Position numbers and translations under genes: made by a program
Origin: Narcine bancroftii
Taxonomy: Eukaryota
NCBI RefSeq assembly: GCF_036971445.1
Contig: NC_091473.1
Location: forward strand, 206,522,001 to 206,586,000
DNA: 64,000 nt
Direction of reading: 5' to 3'
The notes under the pieces: generated by a model
What the model was told of the DNA's origin: nothing
The model's database searches: none
What the model saw: only the letters and a program-made list of their open reading frames with translations
Part shown: positions 26,590-40,500 of the stretch, in pieces
Layout of the letters: every line of letters begins with the position of its first letter
Numbering within the stretch: position 1 is the stretch's first letter

Positions 26590-26806
26590 AATTTTAATTT
26601 TAATTTTAAATTAAATTGCAACTGTTTGTCAGACTGGCTCTCCTGGTTCAGGCGAAAATATTGCTACCGTTTTGTCAAGAGAGCTCATTAATAAAGGTTA
26701 AATTGCATTACAAGCCAACAAAACCAGAAATTAAATATTAAATATGGCTCCAATCATATTATAAACTCACATTCAGCGAGGAGACAATACGCGCTCGACA
26801 AGAAAA
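26590..26806 (+). pseudogene. Possible short Ig V-like relic with 23-spacer RSS-like element
   Basis: FKLNCNCLSDWLSWFRRK..RF / ELINKG*IALQ, then CACATTC (26768) - 23 bp - ACAAGAAAA (26798-26806). The second canonical Cys is not recognisable. Confidence 0.3.
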
Positions 26807-27687
26807 ACAAAATCACAACGTGAAAAAGAGTATGATTCCCAACAATCAGCTAACTCCAGGTGATGGAGAATGTGAAATGTTATTTTGGGTGTAACTTATT
26901 TCATGTCTTTTATTTTCCATTGTTCCGCCGAGGATTGTTCAATCCATCATTTTCCAGAGATCTGGTGCAGAATTTGATCTCGTGTACTGAGGTACGAATG
27001 TGCCACGTTCCCCTTCTAAAAGGTCGTGGCGATTGCTTTTTTTTAAACTCCCTGCTGTGGATAAATTGTACAAAGGTCAAACTTGTGCTATTGCAAAAGC
27101 AAATTATGAGGCTATACGGAAACGAATAAGTGAGGAATGAAATGGAATTATTTTCTCTAGTGGCAGTTATACCCGATTGACATTTATTTTTCCACTTTGC
27201 TAAGTTAGAAGAAAGTCAGCAATAGGCTTAAAAATCTAAATCAATAAAGATACGAACATTGCGAGATTAATAAAGATGGTTATGTTTATCAATTGGTCGA
27301 AAAGAGCAAGCTTCAGTGAGAAACGGTAACAGTTCTTTCTGCTGCATAATAAATGCAAAATCTTGTTGCGTTTTAAATCCTCTTCCTATTTTCTTCAAAT
27401 ATATTGCCTTAGAATGAAGAGAAACAATGGCATAACATGATTCGATTACACCTTTAAAATTTTAATATCTTCATTCAAAATATTTCATAATGATCTCTCA
27501 GAAGACGGAGTAGTGTTTCGATATCCCATTCACTTCCATTCCATTCATCTGTAGAAAATATGTTTATATTCAGATGCTTACCGATTCTTGCTCGCTTTGT
27601 GATGCTTGAACAACTGAAATAAAATATTTCAGCAATTCTTGCACATAATATGGAATATAATAAGATGTATAAAATATTTCTATCTTT

Positions 27688-30600
27688 GCTTTTTTATTTT
27701 CATTAAAACTTAGACAATCAAGAAAGGTACAACACAATCAGATGATATGCATAGTTACACAAAATAAATAAAGAAATTGCATATATATTTTATTTAGAAA
27801 ATGACTCCAATAATGCATAAAATGAAAGTAAAGAAGAAGGTAATAAAGGATAAAATCTCAAACCTCTTATATAACCGCCTTTACAGATGCTAATATATGT
27901 TTGGTATGAAAGTAAAATAAATGTAGAAGTTACAAGTTAGAAAATTTAATTATATTGTAGTAAAAGTTAAAGTAAGGTAGCGAGTTATAAATGACCCGCA
28001 TAACTGCTGGAATCTTATATCTGAATTACAAATTAAATAAGGGGTCTTTTCCATATTTAAACAGGACATGATGTCACACAACCTGTAATCATGAGTAGAG
28101 GGGTAAAATACTTCATATTATTTCAATCGCATGCTTCACCAAAACATAGGCAAAGGAAATAGAATGAACATTAACCAGAGACAAAGAAGATTCGATCCCT
28201 CCTATTGTACAGTCACGAACTGTTTTGGTGTTAAATCTATACTGACCATTTTGATATTGTAAACCTCACTTCAGGATTTTTCGATACTTGGACACGTTCA
28301 GAACATATGAATTAATGACGCTTCTAAGCTCTTACACATATTACATGATTCATATCAGACTAAAAGGGAGACTCATGAACCTTAGACAAATGTGATCTAT
28401 GGACAATTTTAAATTGTAATGGGCCATGTCTGGCAATGAAACCACTTACAAATTGTGTCCAAATCCACACCCGATATCATCAAATTTAAATCCTGAACAC
28501 AAACAATTTTGATTATAACTAATGAAGTCTGAGTTAAACATAAACATTTATCATAAATAGTAGACACTAAAACTCTATAAGAAGACATTAAACTAAACAA
28601 AATTCTGCAAAAGATGTTTCAGACTCTCTTTGAAAATTACAACCATGTGATTCAAGAAAATACCAGTCTTGTAAATACCTAAAGAATTAAGATTTGGACA
28701 AGTTAAACTTAGCAGTAATCTTTATTAAATATGTCCTTTCCCTTCACGCTTTCACTTTCTTTCATTAGCNNNNNNNNNNNNNNNNNNNNNNNNNNNNNNN
28801 NNNNNNNNNNNNNNNNNNNNNNNNNNNNNNNNNNNNNNNNNNNNNNNNNNNNNNNNNNNNNNNNNNNNNNNNNNNNNNNNNNNNNNNNNNNNNNNNNNNN
28901 NNNNNNNNNNNNNNNNNNNNNNNNNNNNNNNNNNNNNNNNNNNNNNNNNNNNNNNNNNNNNNNNNNNNNNNNNNTAACCCATTTATTTTCATCCAGTATT
29001 CTGAATAAATTCACATTCTCTATTTTATGTCAGAAGATAGAACCGTGAAACCATGGAACATTATAGCATACAAACAGCCCATTCTGTTCCTTTTGGTCTG
29101 TGGCAAACCATTTTTTGTGTAACACTATTGCCCGTCAACTGATACATTCTCCCATTCATGTACCTTCACAAATACTTAAATGTTAAAAAATAAGCCCGCA
29201 TTCACCACTTCAGCTGCCATCTTGTACCACACCCCCCCCCACAACGCTCTGTGCGAAGAAGATTCTCCTTATGTTCCACTAAACCTTTCCCCTTCCACTA
29301 ATATTCTCTGATTTGTAAATTCCCTAATCTCAGTGGATCAAAGCGTATCTACCTATAGTCTGTCTATCCCCTAAAACCTCTAATCATTCCTATATGCTCC
29401 AGGTAATAATGTCCTAACTTGCTCATACTTTCCCTGAAACTGAGTATGTGAACTCTGGGCAAAATCTTAGAAAATCTTCTCTGCACTCTTTCTATCTTAT
29501 TGATATCTTTCCTGTAGCTACGTGAGCAACCCCTCATATAACACTCAAAATTTGGCCACTCGAATATCTTATACCAATTCACCATAACATATTTTTATTT
29601 TTTAAATATGATTTTATTTTATTTTACGTAGTACACCATATACAAGTTATTTAATAAAATTAATAAATTCCATCGCTTATTATGACTTTTAATTATTTAG
29701 TATGTTTAAATTACATTAAAAAAAATTAAAAAACATATAAAGTAGCTATAACTATGTCCCCTCCCCATTATAATATAAAAAAAACAAATGAATCAGAAGG
29801 AAAAAATGCCTCTCCTAACCTCCCTTCCCAAAACCGTACAAAAATAAATGAAATATTCACTGATTGGGTGCCAACCTTACCACAATTACTTAATTTCTAT
29901 AGCCATATATTTCAAATATAAATCCGAAATATCAATAAAAAAGAGTAATTATTCCTTGCATTATATATTCGTTTTTCTAAATATAAACTAGACTGTAGTT
30001 AATGATGCCATCTATGCAAATTTGATTGTACATCATTCTTCCATGTAACAGCCATACATATTCTTGTTACTGCTGACCCTAATCTTAGAAAAGTCAAATA
30101 AAGTTTAGGAATTTTTGAGTCAACAAATGGAACATTAACATAACCCAACCAACATAACTTGGGATCCAATCGAATATCCATTTTAAACAATCCACACAAA
30201 AGTTTTATAATCTCCTCCCAAAAAAATTACTTTTCTTACACGACCAAACTGAATGTACAAAACTACCTTTATGCTCCCTACATTTAAAACATAAATCTGT
30301 TATACTAAATCCATATCTCTTCAATTTCTCAGGATGTAAGTATAATTGAAGCAAAAATGTATAATTAACCATGCTATACCTCACATTAATTAACTTTTTA
30401 ACACTATCAACACACATTTGTGATCATGCCAAAACGATATTTAAATCTTTTATCCATTTCTCTTTAACTTTATACACATCTATATTTTTTCATTTTTTCC
30501 CACATATACGAAATGAAGCCTTTTTCACTTTTATTTGCAGTTGTAATTCAAGTTTCTTTTGACTTGGTAAATTTATTTCCTTACCATATCTCTTCTTTAA

Positions 30601-30844
30601 AATATCTCAGTCGATAATAAACAGACAAAGAATTTGACACAATACATATTTTTATTGTAACCCTTTAAACGAGAAGAACTTCCCTGCCTCAAAACAATCT
30701 ATAACATTAACTATTCCATTAATTTCCCAATTTTTAAGATAAGGACTATTCAATGAAAAGGAAATTAATTTAATCTTATATAATGGTGATCATATCGAAA
30801 TTATTCCTAAATTGTGATTATACCAAATTTTCATTATATGAAAA
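27688..30844 (-). mobile_element. L1 3' fragments (about 27688-29030 and 29600-30844) with a CR1 3' fragment (about 29040-29590)
   Basis: T-rich tails and L1 C-terminal cysteine-rich motifs (LYLHPEKLK..CFKC..FVHSVWSC). CR1 YRKDINKIERVQRRFSKIL in ORF 29364-29585. Confidence 0.75.
28770..28974. other. Assembly gap (205 N)
   Basis: Run of N. Confidence 0.99.
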
Positions 30845-33250
30845 GAGTTCGTTAAATGTGTTCAAGATTGTTTTCTGAATCAATTAGTAGAAGAAACGAC
30901 TCTGGACAGTGTAATATTGGAGCTCCTGTTAGGGAACGAGCTAGGTCAGGTATCAGACATTAATGTTGGAGATCCAATTGGGTCTAGTGATCATAATTCT
31001 GTTAGTTTTAAGGTCATTTTAGGGAAGAGCAAGGAGGGGCCTAAAGTTGAGGTTCTGGATTGGAGAAGAGCAAATTTTGAAGGAATAAGAAGGTATTTAG
31101 GGAGTATTGAGTGGGACAGGATATTTTCAGGTTAGGGTGTAAATGAAAAATGGAGGATATTCAAAAAATAGATTTTGAGGGTACAGAGTAGTTATGTCCC
31201 AGTGAGGATCAAACGAAAGGCTGGAAGTCATAGGGAGGCTTGGTTTTCGAGGACAATTGGAAATTTGGTTAGGAGAAAAAGGGAGGTGTACAAGAGGTAT
31301 AAAGAACAGAGAGCTAACAATTTGAAGGAGGACTACAAGGAGTGTAGAAGGAATATTAAGAAAGAAATTAGAAAGGCCATAAAAAGGCAGGAAGAGGCTT
31401 TGGCAGGCAGAGTAAAAATAAATCCAAAGAGTTTCTATAAGTACATTAAAAGCAAAAGATTAGTGAGGGATAAATTTGGACCCCTTGTAGATAGTGAGTG
31501 TAGGCTGAGTGAGAAGTCAGAGGAAATGGGGGAAATTTTGAATGATTTCTTTGTCTCGTTATTGGGAAAAAAATTGAACCAGTTGAGGTAAAGAAAAATA
31601 GTGGGGAGGTAATGAAGCATATAAGGATAACCGAGGAGGTAGTGATGGCTGTGTTGAAAAAGATAAAGGTGGATACATCTCCAGGACCGGACAAAATATT
31701 CCCAAGGACACTCAGGGAGGCTAGTGGACAGATAGTGGGGCCATTAACAGAGATATTTAGGATGTCACTGGCCACGGGGGTAGTGCCAAAGGATTGGAGG
31801 GTGGTGCATGTGGTTCCGCTGTTTAAAAAAGGGTGTAAATGTAAACCTGGGAATTATAGGCCCGTGAGTCTGACGTCTGTGGTGGGCAAGTTGATGGAAA
31901 GTGTTCTGAGGGATGGTATTTACAAATATTTGGAGGTACAGGGATTGCTAGGGAGTAATCAGTATGGTTTTGTCAGGGGTAGATCATGCTTGACAAACCT
32001 GATTGAGTTTTTCGAGGGGGTTACAAAAAAGGTTGATGAAGGGAAAGCTGTGGATGTTGTCTATTTAGACTTTAGTAAAGCTTTTGACAAAGTTCCCCAC
32101 AAAAGATTACGAAAAAAGCTGGAGGCATTAGGTATAAATGAGGAGATAGTGAAATGGATTCAGCAATGGTTGGATGGGAGGTGTCAGAGAGTAGGGTAGA
32201 AAATTGTTTGTCCAATTGGAGGCCGGTGACTAGTGAATCCTCAGGGATCGGTCCTCGGTCCACTATTGTTTGTTATATAAATTAACGATCTGGAAGTAGG
32301 GGTGGGGAATTGGATAAGCAAGTTTGTGGATGATACAAAGATTGGTGATGTTGTGGACAGTGAGGAAGATTACCGTAGATTAAAAAGTGATTTAGGAAGG
32401 CTGGAGGTTGAGGCTGAGAAATGGCTGATGGAATTTAATACAGAAAAGTGTGAGGTGTTATATTTGGAAAGGCAAATCTAAATAGGTCATATGCATTAAA
32501 TGGTAGGCTATTGAGATGTGCAGAGCAACAAAGGGATTTAGGAGTTGTGGTAAATAGTACCCTCAAGGCTGATACTCAGGTCGATGGTGTGGTGAAGAAG
32601 GCATTTGGAATGTTGGCCTTCATAAATCGGAGTATTGAATTCAAGAGTAGGGAGGTTATGATGAAATTGTACAAGGCATTAGTGAGGCCAAATTTGGAGT
32701 ACTGTGTACAGTTTTGGTCACCAAATTATAGGAAAGATATAAACAAAAGAGGGAGAGTGCAGAGAAGGTTCACGAGAATGTTGACAGGATTTCAAGGTTT
32801 GAGTTACAGGGAAAGGTTGTGCAGACTGGGGCTTTTTTCTCTGCAGCGTAGAAGATTGAGAAGGGACTTGATAGAGGTGTTTAAGATTTTAAAAGGGACA
32901 GAGTAAACGTGGATAGGCTTTTTTTCCATTAAGAGTGGGGGAGATTCAAACTTGAGGGCATGGTTTAAGATTGAATGGGGAAAATTATAAGGGGAACATG
33001 AGGGGAAATTTCTTTACTCAGAGGGTGGTAGGGATGTGAAATGAGCTTCCGACAGACGTGGTCGAGGTGGGATCATTGGTTACATTTAAGGAAAGACTGG
33101 ATAGTTACATGGATAGGAGAGGACTGGAGGGGTATGGACCGGGTGCTGGTCAGTGGGACTAGGAGGGTGGGGATTTGTTATGACATGGACTAGTAGGACT
33201 GAACCGGCCTGTTCTGTGCTGTAAGTGGTTATATGGTTATGTGGTTATGT
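30845..33250 (+). mobile_element. CR1 LINE, 5'-truncated, inserted into a minus-strand L1
   Basis: [45 protein letters not shown] and RPNLEYCVQFWSP, with a (GGTTAT)n-like tail at about 33226-33253. Minus-strand L1 sequence lies on both sides. Confidence 0.93.
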
Positions 33251-33254
33251 GGTC

Positions 33255-35450
33255 GTAAAGCGGGTAATTTAAATTTTTGTAACATTAAAGGATTCCATTT
33301 ATAAATAAAATGCTTAATATTATCATCCAAAATCTGATCTATCTCTATCTTTTCCTATCTGGGAGATTGTTCAAGATCAAATAAACTATTAATAAACTTT
33401 AACTGTGCCACCTCGTAATAATTATAAAATCAAGGTCATTGCAAACCACCTAACTCATAACGCCAAGTCAATTTTTGTAAAGAAACGCTCGATAATTTAC
33501 ATTTCCATAAAAATAACCTAATAACCAAGGCTACAAGAAAAATACAAGAATGGGTCAAGTTGCACCCTCCAGAAGACAGAAGAGAGAAAACAGCACTCGA
33601 GCACAGACACCATCTAAACCTGCCAATTACGATATTATTCAATAATGTGGCCCCAAAATTTTTCGAACTGCAATATTACATCATGTAGCCGTTGGTCAGA
33701 GTTCATCACTCCATTCCATTAAAACTGCACATCTGGCTATCAACGTCCTAAAAGCTAAATCTATCTCTTGATGTGCTGATAAAAGTTCATCTGCTTCAGA
33801 TGAAAAAAAAACAAGCAGGACAGTTAAATGGCATGGATCTAACTGAATGTTAAAAATTGTTGAGAAAGAATTAAAATATTATGCCAATATCTTCCTAATT
33901 TAGGACACTCCCAACACATATGAATTAGTGATGCTTCAAACATTTTTACACTTTTCACAAAAATGGATCAATATTGGTATAGAAACGGGAGAATTGGAGT
34001 TCAGACATCACTATTCTGTGTATCACCTTAAATTGTAAAGAACATTCTCTTGATAAAAGCAAGATTCATTCATCAAACTAAGAGTGGAACACCAGTTCTC
34101 ATGGAAAAATGTTATATGAGATCATTGCACACATTCATTTATAAACCGATCCATTGCATCAAATCTTAAATCAAATAATCCAATATAAATACGTGATATC
34201 ATTCCACTGTGAACAAACTGAAGATTTTAAAAAAAGTGTATCAAGAATATTGGAATCTGAGATTTGATTTAAAAAAAGCATTCAATTAGACTTAACAAAA
34301 TCCTTAACTTCAAATATCTAATAAAATGTTAATTCGAGATCTTAAATTTAAATTACAATTTTGCAAAAGAAGTGAAGTTATTTTCGGATAAATAAATCTA
34401 TAAAAATATTAATACCAAATCTGTACCATTCCTTAAAGCCTTCATCTAATTCTGAACCAGGGAAAGATGACCTAGTTGGATAGAAATATGTTTTTCTATT
34501 AAAGAAAATAGATTTTGGTCCAGATTTTATGTCTACAATCTGTTCTGATTGACAACAGTCGAAAATATTTAGATTATTTAGTGGGGCACGACAGACGTGT
34601 GCATTAAGTCCTTTACTGTTTGATATAACATCAGAACCATTAGCCCTTCAAAAATCTAGAATTAATCACAAATGGAATTGAACATAAAGTATCTCATTAT
34701 GCAGATGGTTTATATACTAAATATATTAAATGCATAAGCTCAGTTTGGACATTTTTAAGGATTTCAAATCAATTTACAAAAGAGTGAACTTTTACTTTTA
34801 AAAGGATGTTGTTCTATTTATTCTAAATCTCCATTTAAAATAGTTAATGATCACTTTAAATAATAAGGGATCACTATTTCAAAAAGTTATAAGAAACTTA
34901 TGAAAGGAATTTTTGCAAAATTATTAAATCAAATTAAAATATTTTCACCACTTTCGATTACAATGATAGGACATATTAGTTTGATTATAATGAATATTCT
35001 ACCCAAATCTTTGTATCTTTTTCAAGCCTTACATATTCGTATTCCTAAATCCTTTATCAATTCATTAGGATCTGTTATTAATTCATATTTATGCCAGAGA
35101 AAACAACCACATATAAGTAAAGACCATCTCCCTAAAACGATTAGGAATGTGATAATGTCACTTCCAAATTTTCGCTTTATTACTGGGCAATTAATATAAG
35201 TGGTTTATCTCTATTATTAACATTTGATAAATTAGAAAGTCGCCCTTCTTGGAAAGAAGTTGAACTGAACTGCTCTAAGAAATTGACTATGTTGAAAATT
35301 TTATGTTCTGATTTAGCATTTTCATTTTCTAAATTTACACATATTCCGACCATGAAAACAAGATTGAGAATATGGTCTCAATTTTGGAAATTTTTGGGTT
35401 ATAATTTTTAATCGCAAGTTGCATTATAGATAACAAATTTATATTCTCAA
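33255..35450. mobile_element. Decayed L1 ORF2 fragments in both orientations (minus about 33255-34450, plus about 34460-35450)
   Basis: Motifs RLTLSKKLTWRYELGGLQ (-), GARQTCALSPLLF, HKVSHYAD and ILPKSLYLFQALHI (+). Confidence 0.6.
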
Positions 35451-35454
35451 TATT

Positions 35455-37520
35455 TTAATTTATGAAGGCCAATATGCTTAAAGCTCTCTTTACAATACTA
35501 TCCCCGTGTGACACCAAATTCAGGGAATTATGTATCTGCATTGTGAGATCCCTCTGTTCTACCACACTGCTCTGTGCCCGACCATTTACCGTGTATACTC
35601 TTTCTTCATTTGTCCTTCCAAAATATACAATACATTTATCTGGATTGAGGACCATTGCCATTTTCAGCATGTTCTTCCAGATGGCCCAAATCTCTCACCA
35701 TGATTTGAAGATCTTTATCGCTGATAATAAAACTTGCAAACTTAACATCATTTTCAAACATGCCGATCCAATTTACTGAATTATCATCATGGTGATTAGC
35801 ATAGATTACAAATAGCAATAGTCCTAGCACTGATCCCTTAGGTATACCACTCATCAGAGGCCTCCACTTTGAGAAGTAATAATCTAGCACTACTCTAGAT
35901 CTGTTCTCCAGCTATTAATGAATCCAATTCACTACTTCACAATGAATACCTAACTTCTGAAACTTCCTGACTATCATCGCATGTGGGACCTTGTGAGAGG
36001 TCTTATGAAAATCCATGTCGGCAGCATCCACGGCCTTTCCTTCATCAACATTCCTGGAAACCTCTACCAAACCTCCATAAGTTTGCTATATGGCCTACCA
36101 TGGACAAATTTATGTTGACTATACGTAGTCATTTTCTGGCTATCAAAATAGTTTTATGTCCGATTTTTTAGGCGACGTTCCAATAATCTTCTTTCAAATG
36201 ACGTCAGGATCACCGGAATATTTTTACAGGGTTGGTTTTGGAGCTATTTATTAGCTGATCAAAGATGTTCCTACACCACACCCGTGGATCAGAATAATTT
36301 AAATATTTCTGGCAGATTAACTGAAATTTCAACACTAGCTACACTCAGCATTAAGGCAATATATTGCCAAGACTTGCGGATTTATCCATCCTTAATTTCT
36401 TTAAAACAGGAAGCATTTCTTCCTCTTTCATCGCTATTGGTTCCATTACATCACTGCTTATTTAAAAATCGGACGATTTTGTCCCTGTTTTCAGACTAAA
36501 TAATTTTTAAAAAATAATATATACACCATCACCAGGCTCGATCTTAACTTAATAACTTCGACCGTTATTAACCTTTATTGCCAAATTTACCGTTTGAAAC
36601 AATTAGTTATTTCCATCCCATGGTCTTCAAATTCAACGCCATTTCTTTTTTTAGACTTTCTGATGACCTTTTGAGCGTTTTCCTGCATTTTTATTTTCCT
36701 TGATAACCTCATTTGCTTCATGTTGTCTTTACCACCTATATACCTTCCAAATTAGATTTCAACATAACAAGGTTCCCTATGCCTGCTATCTTGCCTTTAT
36801 TTGTGTCAGGAAAATGCAAACTCTGTACTTTTAAAATCTCACCTTTGAATGTCCTCCACTTTCCTCGCACATCCGACTCCAAAATCAAGTTATCCCAATT
36901 CACGCATTCTATATCCTTTATCATTTCCTCCAAATTGGCATTTGTTTTCCAATTTTGAATTTCAACCAGAGGCTCAGACCTCTAAGTCTCCGTATTTAAC
37001 ATGAAACTAATGGCATTATGATCAATGGGCCCAAAATATTCCTCTACACTTACTTCTCTTCCCTGTCCTGTCTTGTTCTCTAATAGGAGGTCCAATATTA
37101 CATTTAACCTAGTTGGTAGCTATATATATAAATTTGGAAAGCTTTCCTGAACACATTTGAGAAACACAAGGCCATCCATCCATTTTACAGTATGGGGCTC
37201 CCAGTCAATATGTGGAAAATTAAAACCTCCTATTATCACAACGTTATGGTTCCTCCATCTGTCTATTATCTCTCTTCTCATTAGCTCCTCGAATTTTCAT
37301 TGACTATTTGGTTGTGTATAATATAACTACATTAGTGAGGTCATACATTTCCCGTTTTCCAGCTCTATCCATATTGCATCAGTAGACGAGCACTCTGGTC
37401 TGTCCTGCCTAGGAAAATCTGGGCTATTTTCCCTGACTCTAATGCCATTTCTCTGCCTTTCATCTCCCAGATATATCACATCTAAAGGAATAAAGTTCAG
37501 AACAATGATTTGTCAGTCCT
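35455..37520 (-). mobile_element. Decayed CR1 LINE (EN-RT)
   Basis: SGIPKGSVLGLLLF, KCIVYFGRTN and EQRDL in ORFs 35455-35670 and 35636-35890; EN-like sequence toward 37200-37500. Confidence 0.8.
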
Positions 37521-37527
37521 TCCCCAC

Positions 37528-40500
37528 GTCCAACCAAGTGTCTTTTGAAAAAAATATTTATCAACGTATCAATGCATAAAATATCAAAAATATAACATAA
37601 ATCGTTTAGTAATTCATATTGATACAATAAAAAGGATTTTAATTTTTTTCTCCCCAACGCCCTCCATCCCAAAATAAATAGAAAAATAGAATAAAGAAAA
37701 GGAAAGAACATATATTCTAATCTCTAATTGAGAGGGATGAATAAAGTGGAAACTTCGAATGGAAATTTATTTATATAATCCATATGAGGTTTCAAAATAT
37801 TATAGAAAACATCATTTATAATTCATGTTATTTTTTTCTGAAGGTATAAAGTTTTGCAGCTCACTATGCCATATACTTAATACCACTACATTTTCAGTTT
37901 TTCATGTGATTGCAATATATTTCTTCACAGTTGCTATTGCGATACTTTAAAAATTCCCTTCGCATTTACCCAATTTCATCTTTACATCCGTTTTTATATG
38001 CATTCCCAAGTAAAAATATTCTTGGATTATTTGGTGGCTTTATCTTCATAATTTGTCCCAGTAAAACACTGAAATTGTTCCAAAACTTTTTTCATATTTT
38101 CACAAGTATATATTGCATGTAAAAAAAAAAGTCCTTATTACTTTTGTACATTGAAAACACATATCAGAATAATTAGAATTAAATAGATTTAATTTTTGTG
38201 GAGTATAGTATAATTGATGGAGAAATTTATATTGAACCATTTTGGTATCTACCATTAACTGTATTCTTAACACTTTCTTGACACAGTTTATACCGCATTT
38301 TCTCTTGAATTTGTATGTTTAAATTTTTCTCCTATCGCATTTTGATGTATATATAAATCTTTTTTTTCTTTGTAGTTTTTTATAATTTTATATACCTATT
38401 AGTAATATATTTCTTGACCATAAATGTATCTGTTATTGTATCATCAAACTTACATTGTTTGGGAAGCCTCAAATCTATTCCCAATTCAACTAAGTTTCAC
38501 TGATTGCCACGTTGTCATATTCCAAGGAGCTAATCCACGGTTTAAGCTCGACCCCTTTCCTACAATGCTGGTTACATTGAATGCCCTTTCAGGTGGCCTC
38601 AAACCCTCTTGTAAAGCCACATAATCACATACCTGCAGCTAAAGACATACTCACCTGCACTTAAATGTGCAGTCTGTAAACGACCACTTTGGGGCGGGCT
38701 GACGACAGCTCCTGTCCAATTTCTTTCATTAATTGCCACGCCAATACCTTATTTGCTTTCTCTCCCCATTCGTAATACCGTTGTTTAGTTATATTAATCA
38801 CACATTCAAATTGATAAGATTGCAAAGTATTATATTTCATTTGCAGCCTAGATAATTCTATTTTTTGATCTTCTGTAGCATCTATCTGAAATTCCTTTTA
38901 TAACTCATCGATCTGTTTCTCTAACTCAAGACTGATTTAATCGATACTTTTTTTTAATTTTAGAAATATAACTAATTATTTGTCCTCTCAAATAACCTTT
39001 ACGAGCATACCATAATATAAACTTACTTTGAACAGAATAGAATTTTATTTTAAACAAAATAATTTGTTTTTTAAAAAAATCAATAAATTCCATATTTTAA
39101 CAACATTGTATTAAATCTCCAACAATAGCTAATTTAATTTTCTAAGAAATCTCATATGTAAAATATAACATATAATGATCTGAAATCACCCTACTTTTAT
39201 ATTCCGCTTGTTGTATTTTCCCTTGTAAATGTGCCGATACTAAGAAGAAATCAATCCTTGAAAATGATTCACGTCTAGATGAATAAAAGGAAAATTCTTT
39301 TTCTGTCGGATTAGAACGTCTCCAAATATCAACTAAATTAAGATCTTTCATCAACGCTTGGACCCGAATTGCCATTTTGGATTTTTCAACTTTATTCGGA
39401 GATTTATCTAATAAATGTTCCAAAACACAATTAAAATCACCACCAACTAAAATATTATAATTAGCCTGACACAAACATAAAAATGCAGCCGAAATAAATA
39501 CTTCATCATCTGCATTTGGAGCATTAATATTAAGTAGTCCAAAATTCACTAAAAATCTTGCAATTCAATTTAAGAAAACATCCTGCCTTTTCCTCCATTG
39601 ATTGTAATTCAAAAGATAATTTTTATGTATCAAAATTTCTACACTTTTAGATCTAGAATTAAATGAAGAACAATATACATGCCCAAACCAGTCCCTTTTT
39701 AATTTCACGTTTTCCTTCACATTCAAATGTGTTTCTTGTAAAAAGGCAATATCAATTTTCATTTTCTTAATATACTCCAAGACTCGCTTACATTTAATCA
39801 CACTATTTAATCCTTGAACATTAAAAGTGGCAAATCTCAACTTTGACATATCTACTATTATTACGAAATACCAATATTATCTTTATTTAAAAACTCAAAT
39901 CAACGTATATAGGCCATCCAATTAAAAAATCACAAATATAAAATTTTAAAAAAATTAAGAAAAAAGAAAAGAAAAAAAAAGAACCCCCGCCCCCCCCAAA
40001 AAAAAACTTCCAAAAGATAGTAATACTCTGAACAAAAAATTAGATGTTGGTCACCCACCAGTGGTTGATGAATACTAAAGAACATTGTGCAAATCTCTCA
40101 CTCCCCAGCCAAACAGTCAGTAACATCAAAATATAAAAACTTAACATAACATAACAATTTACAGCACAGAAACAGGCCATTAGGCCCTTCTAGTCCGCAC
40201 CGAACCAAACACCCCTCTCTAGTCCCACCTCCCTGCACAATGCCCATAACCCTCCATCTTCTTCTCATCCATTTACCTGTCCAACCTTTTCTTAAATAAT
40301 ACAATTGACTCCGCCACCACTATTTACCCCGGAAGCTCATTCCACACGTCCACCACTGTCTGAGTAAAGACGTTCCCCCTCATGTTACCTCTAAACCTTT
40401 GCCCCTTAATTCTTAACTCATGTCCTCTTGTTTTAATCTTTCCTCCTCTTAACGGAAATAGTCTATCCACATTCACTCTGTCTATCCCTTTCATAATCTT

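Noticed and set aside
28709-29048. ORFs containing X runs
   Set aside because: Artefacts of the N gap.
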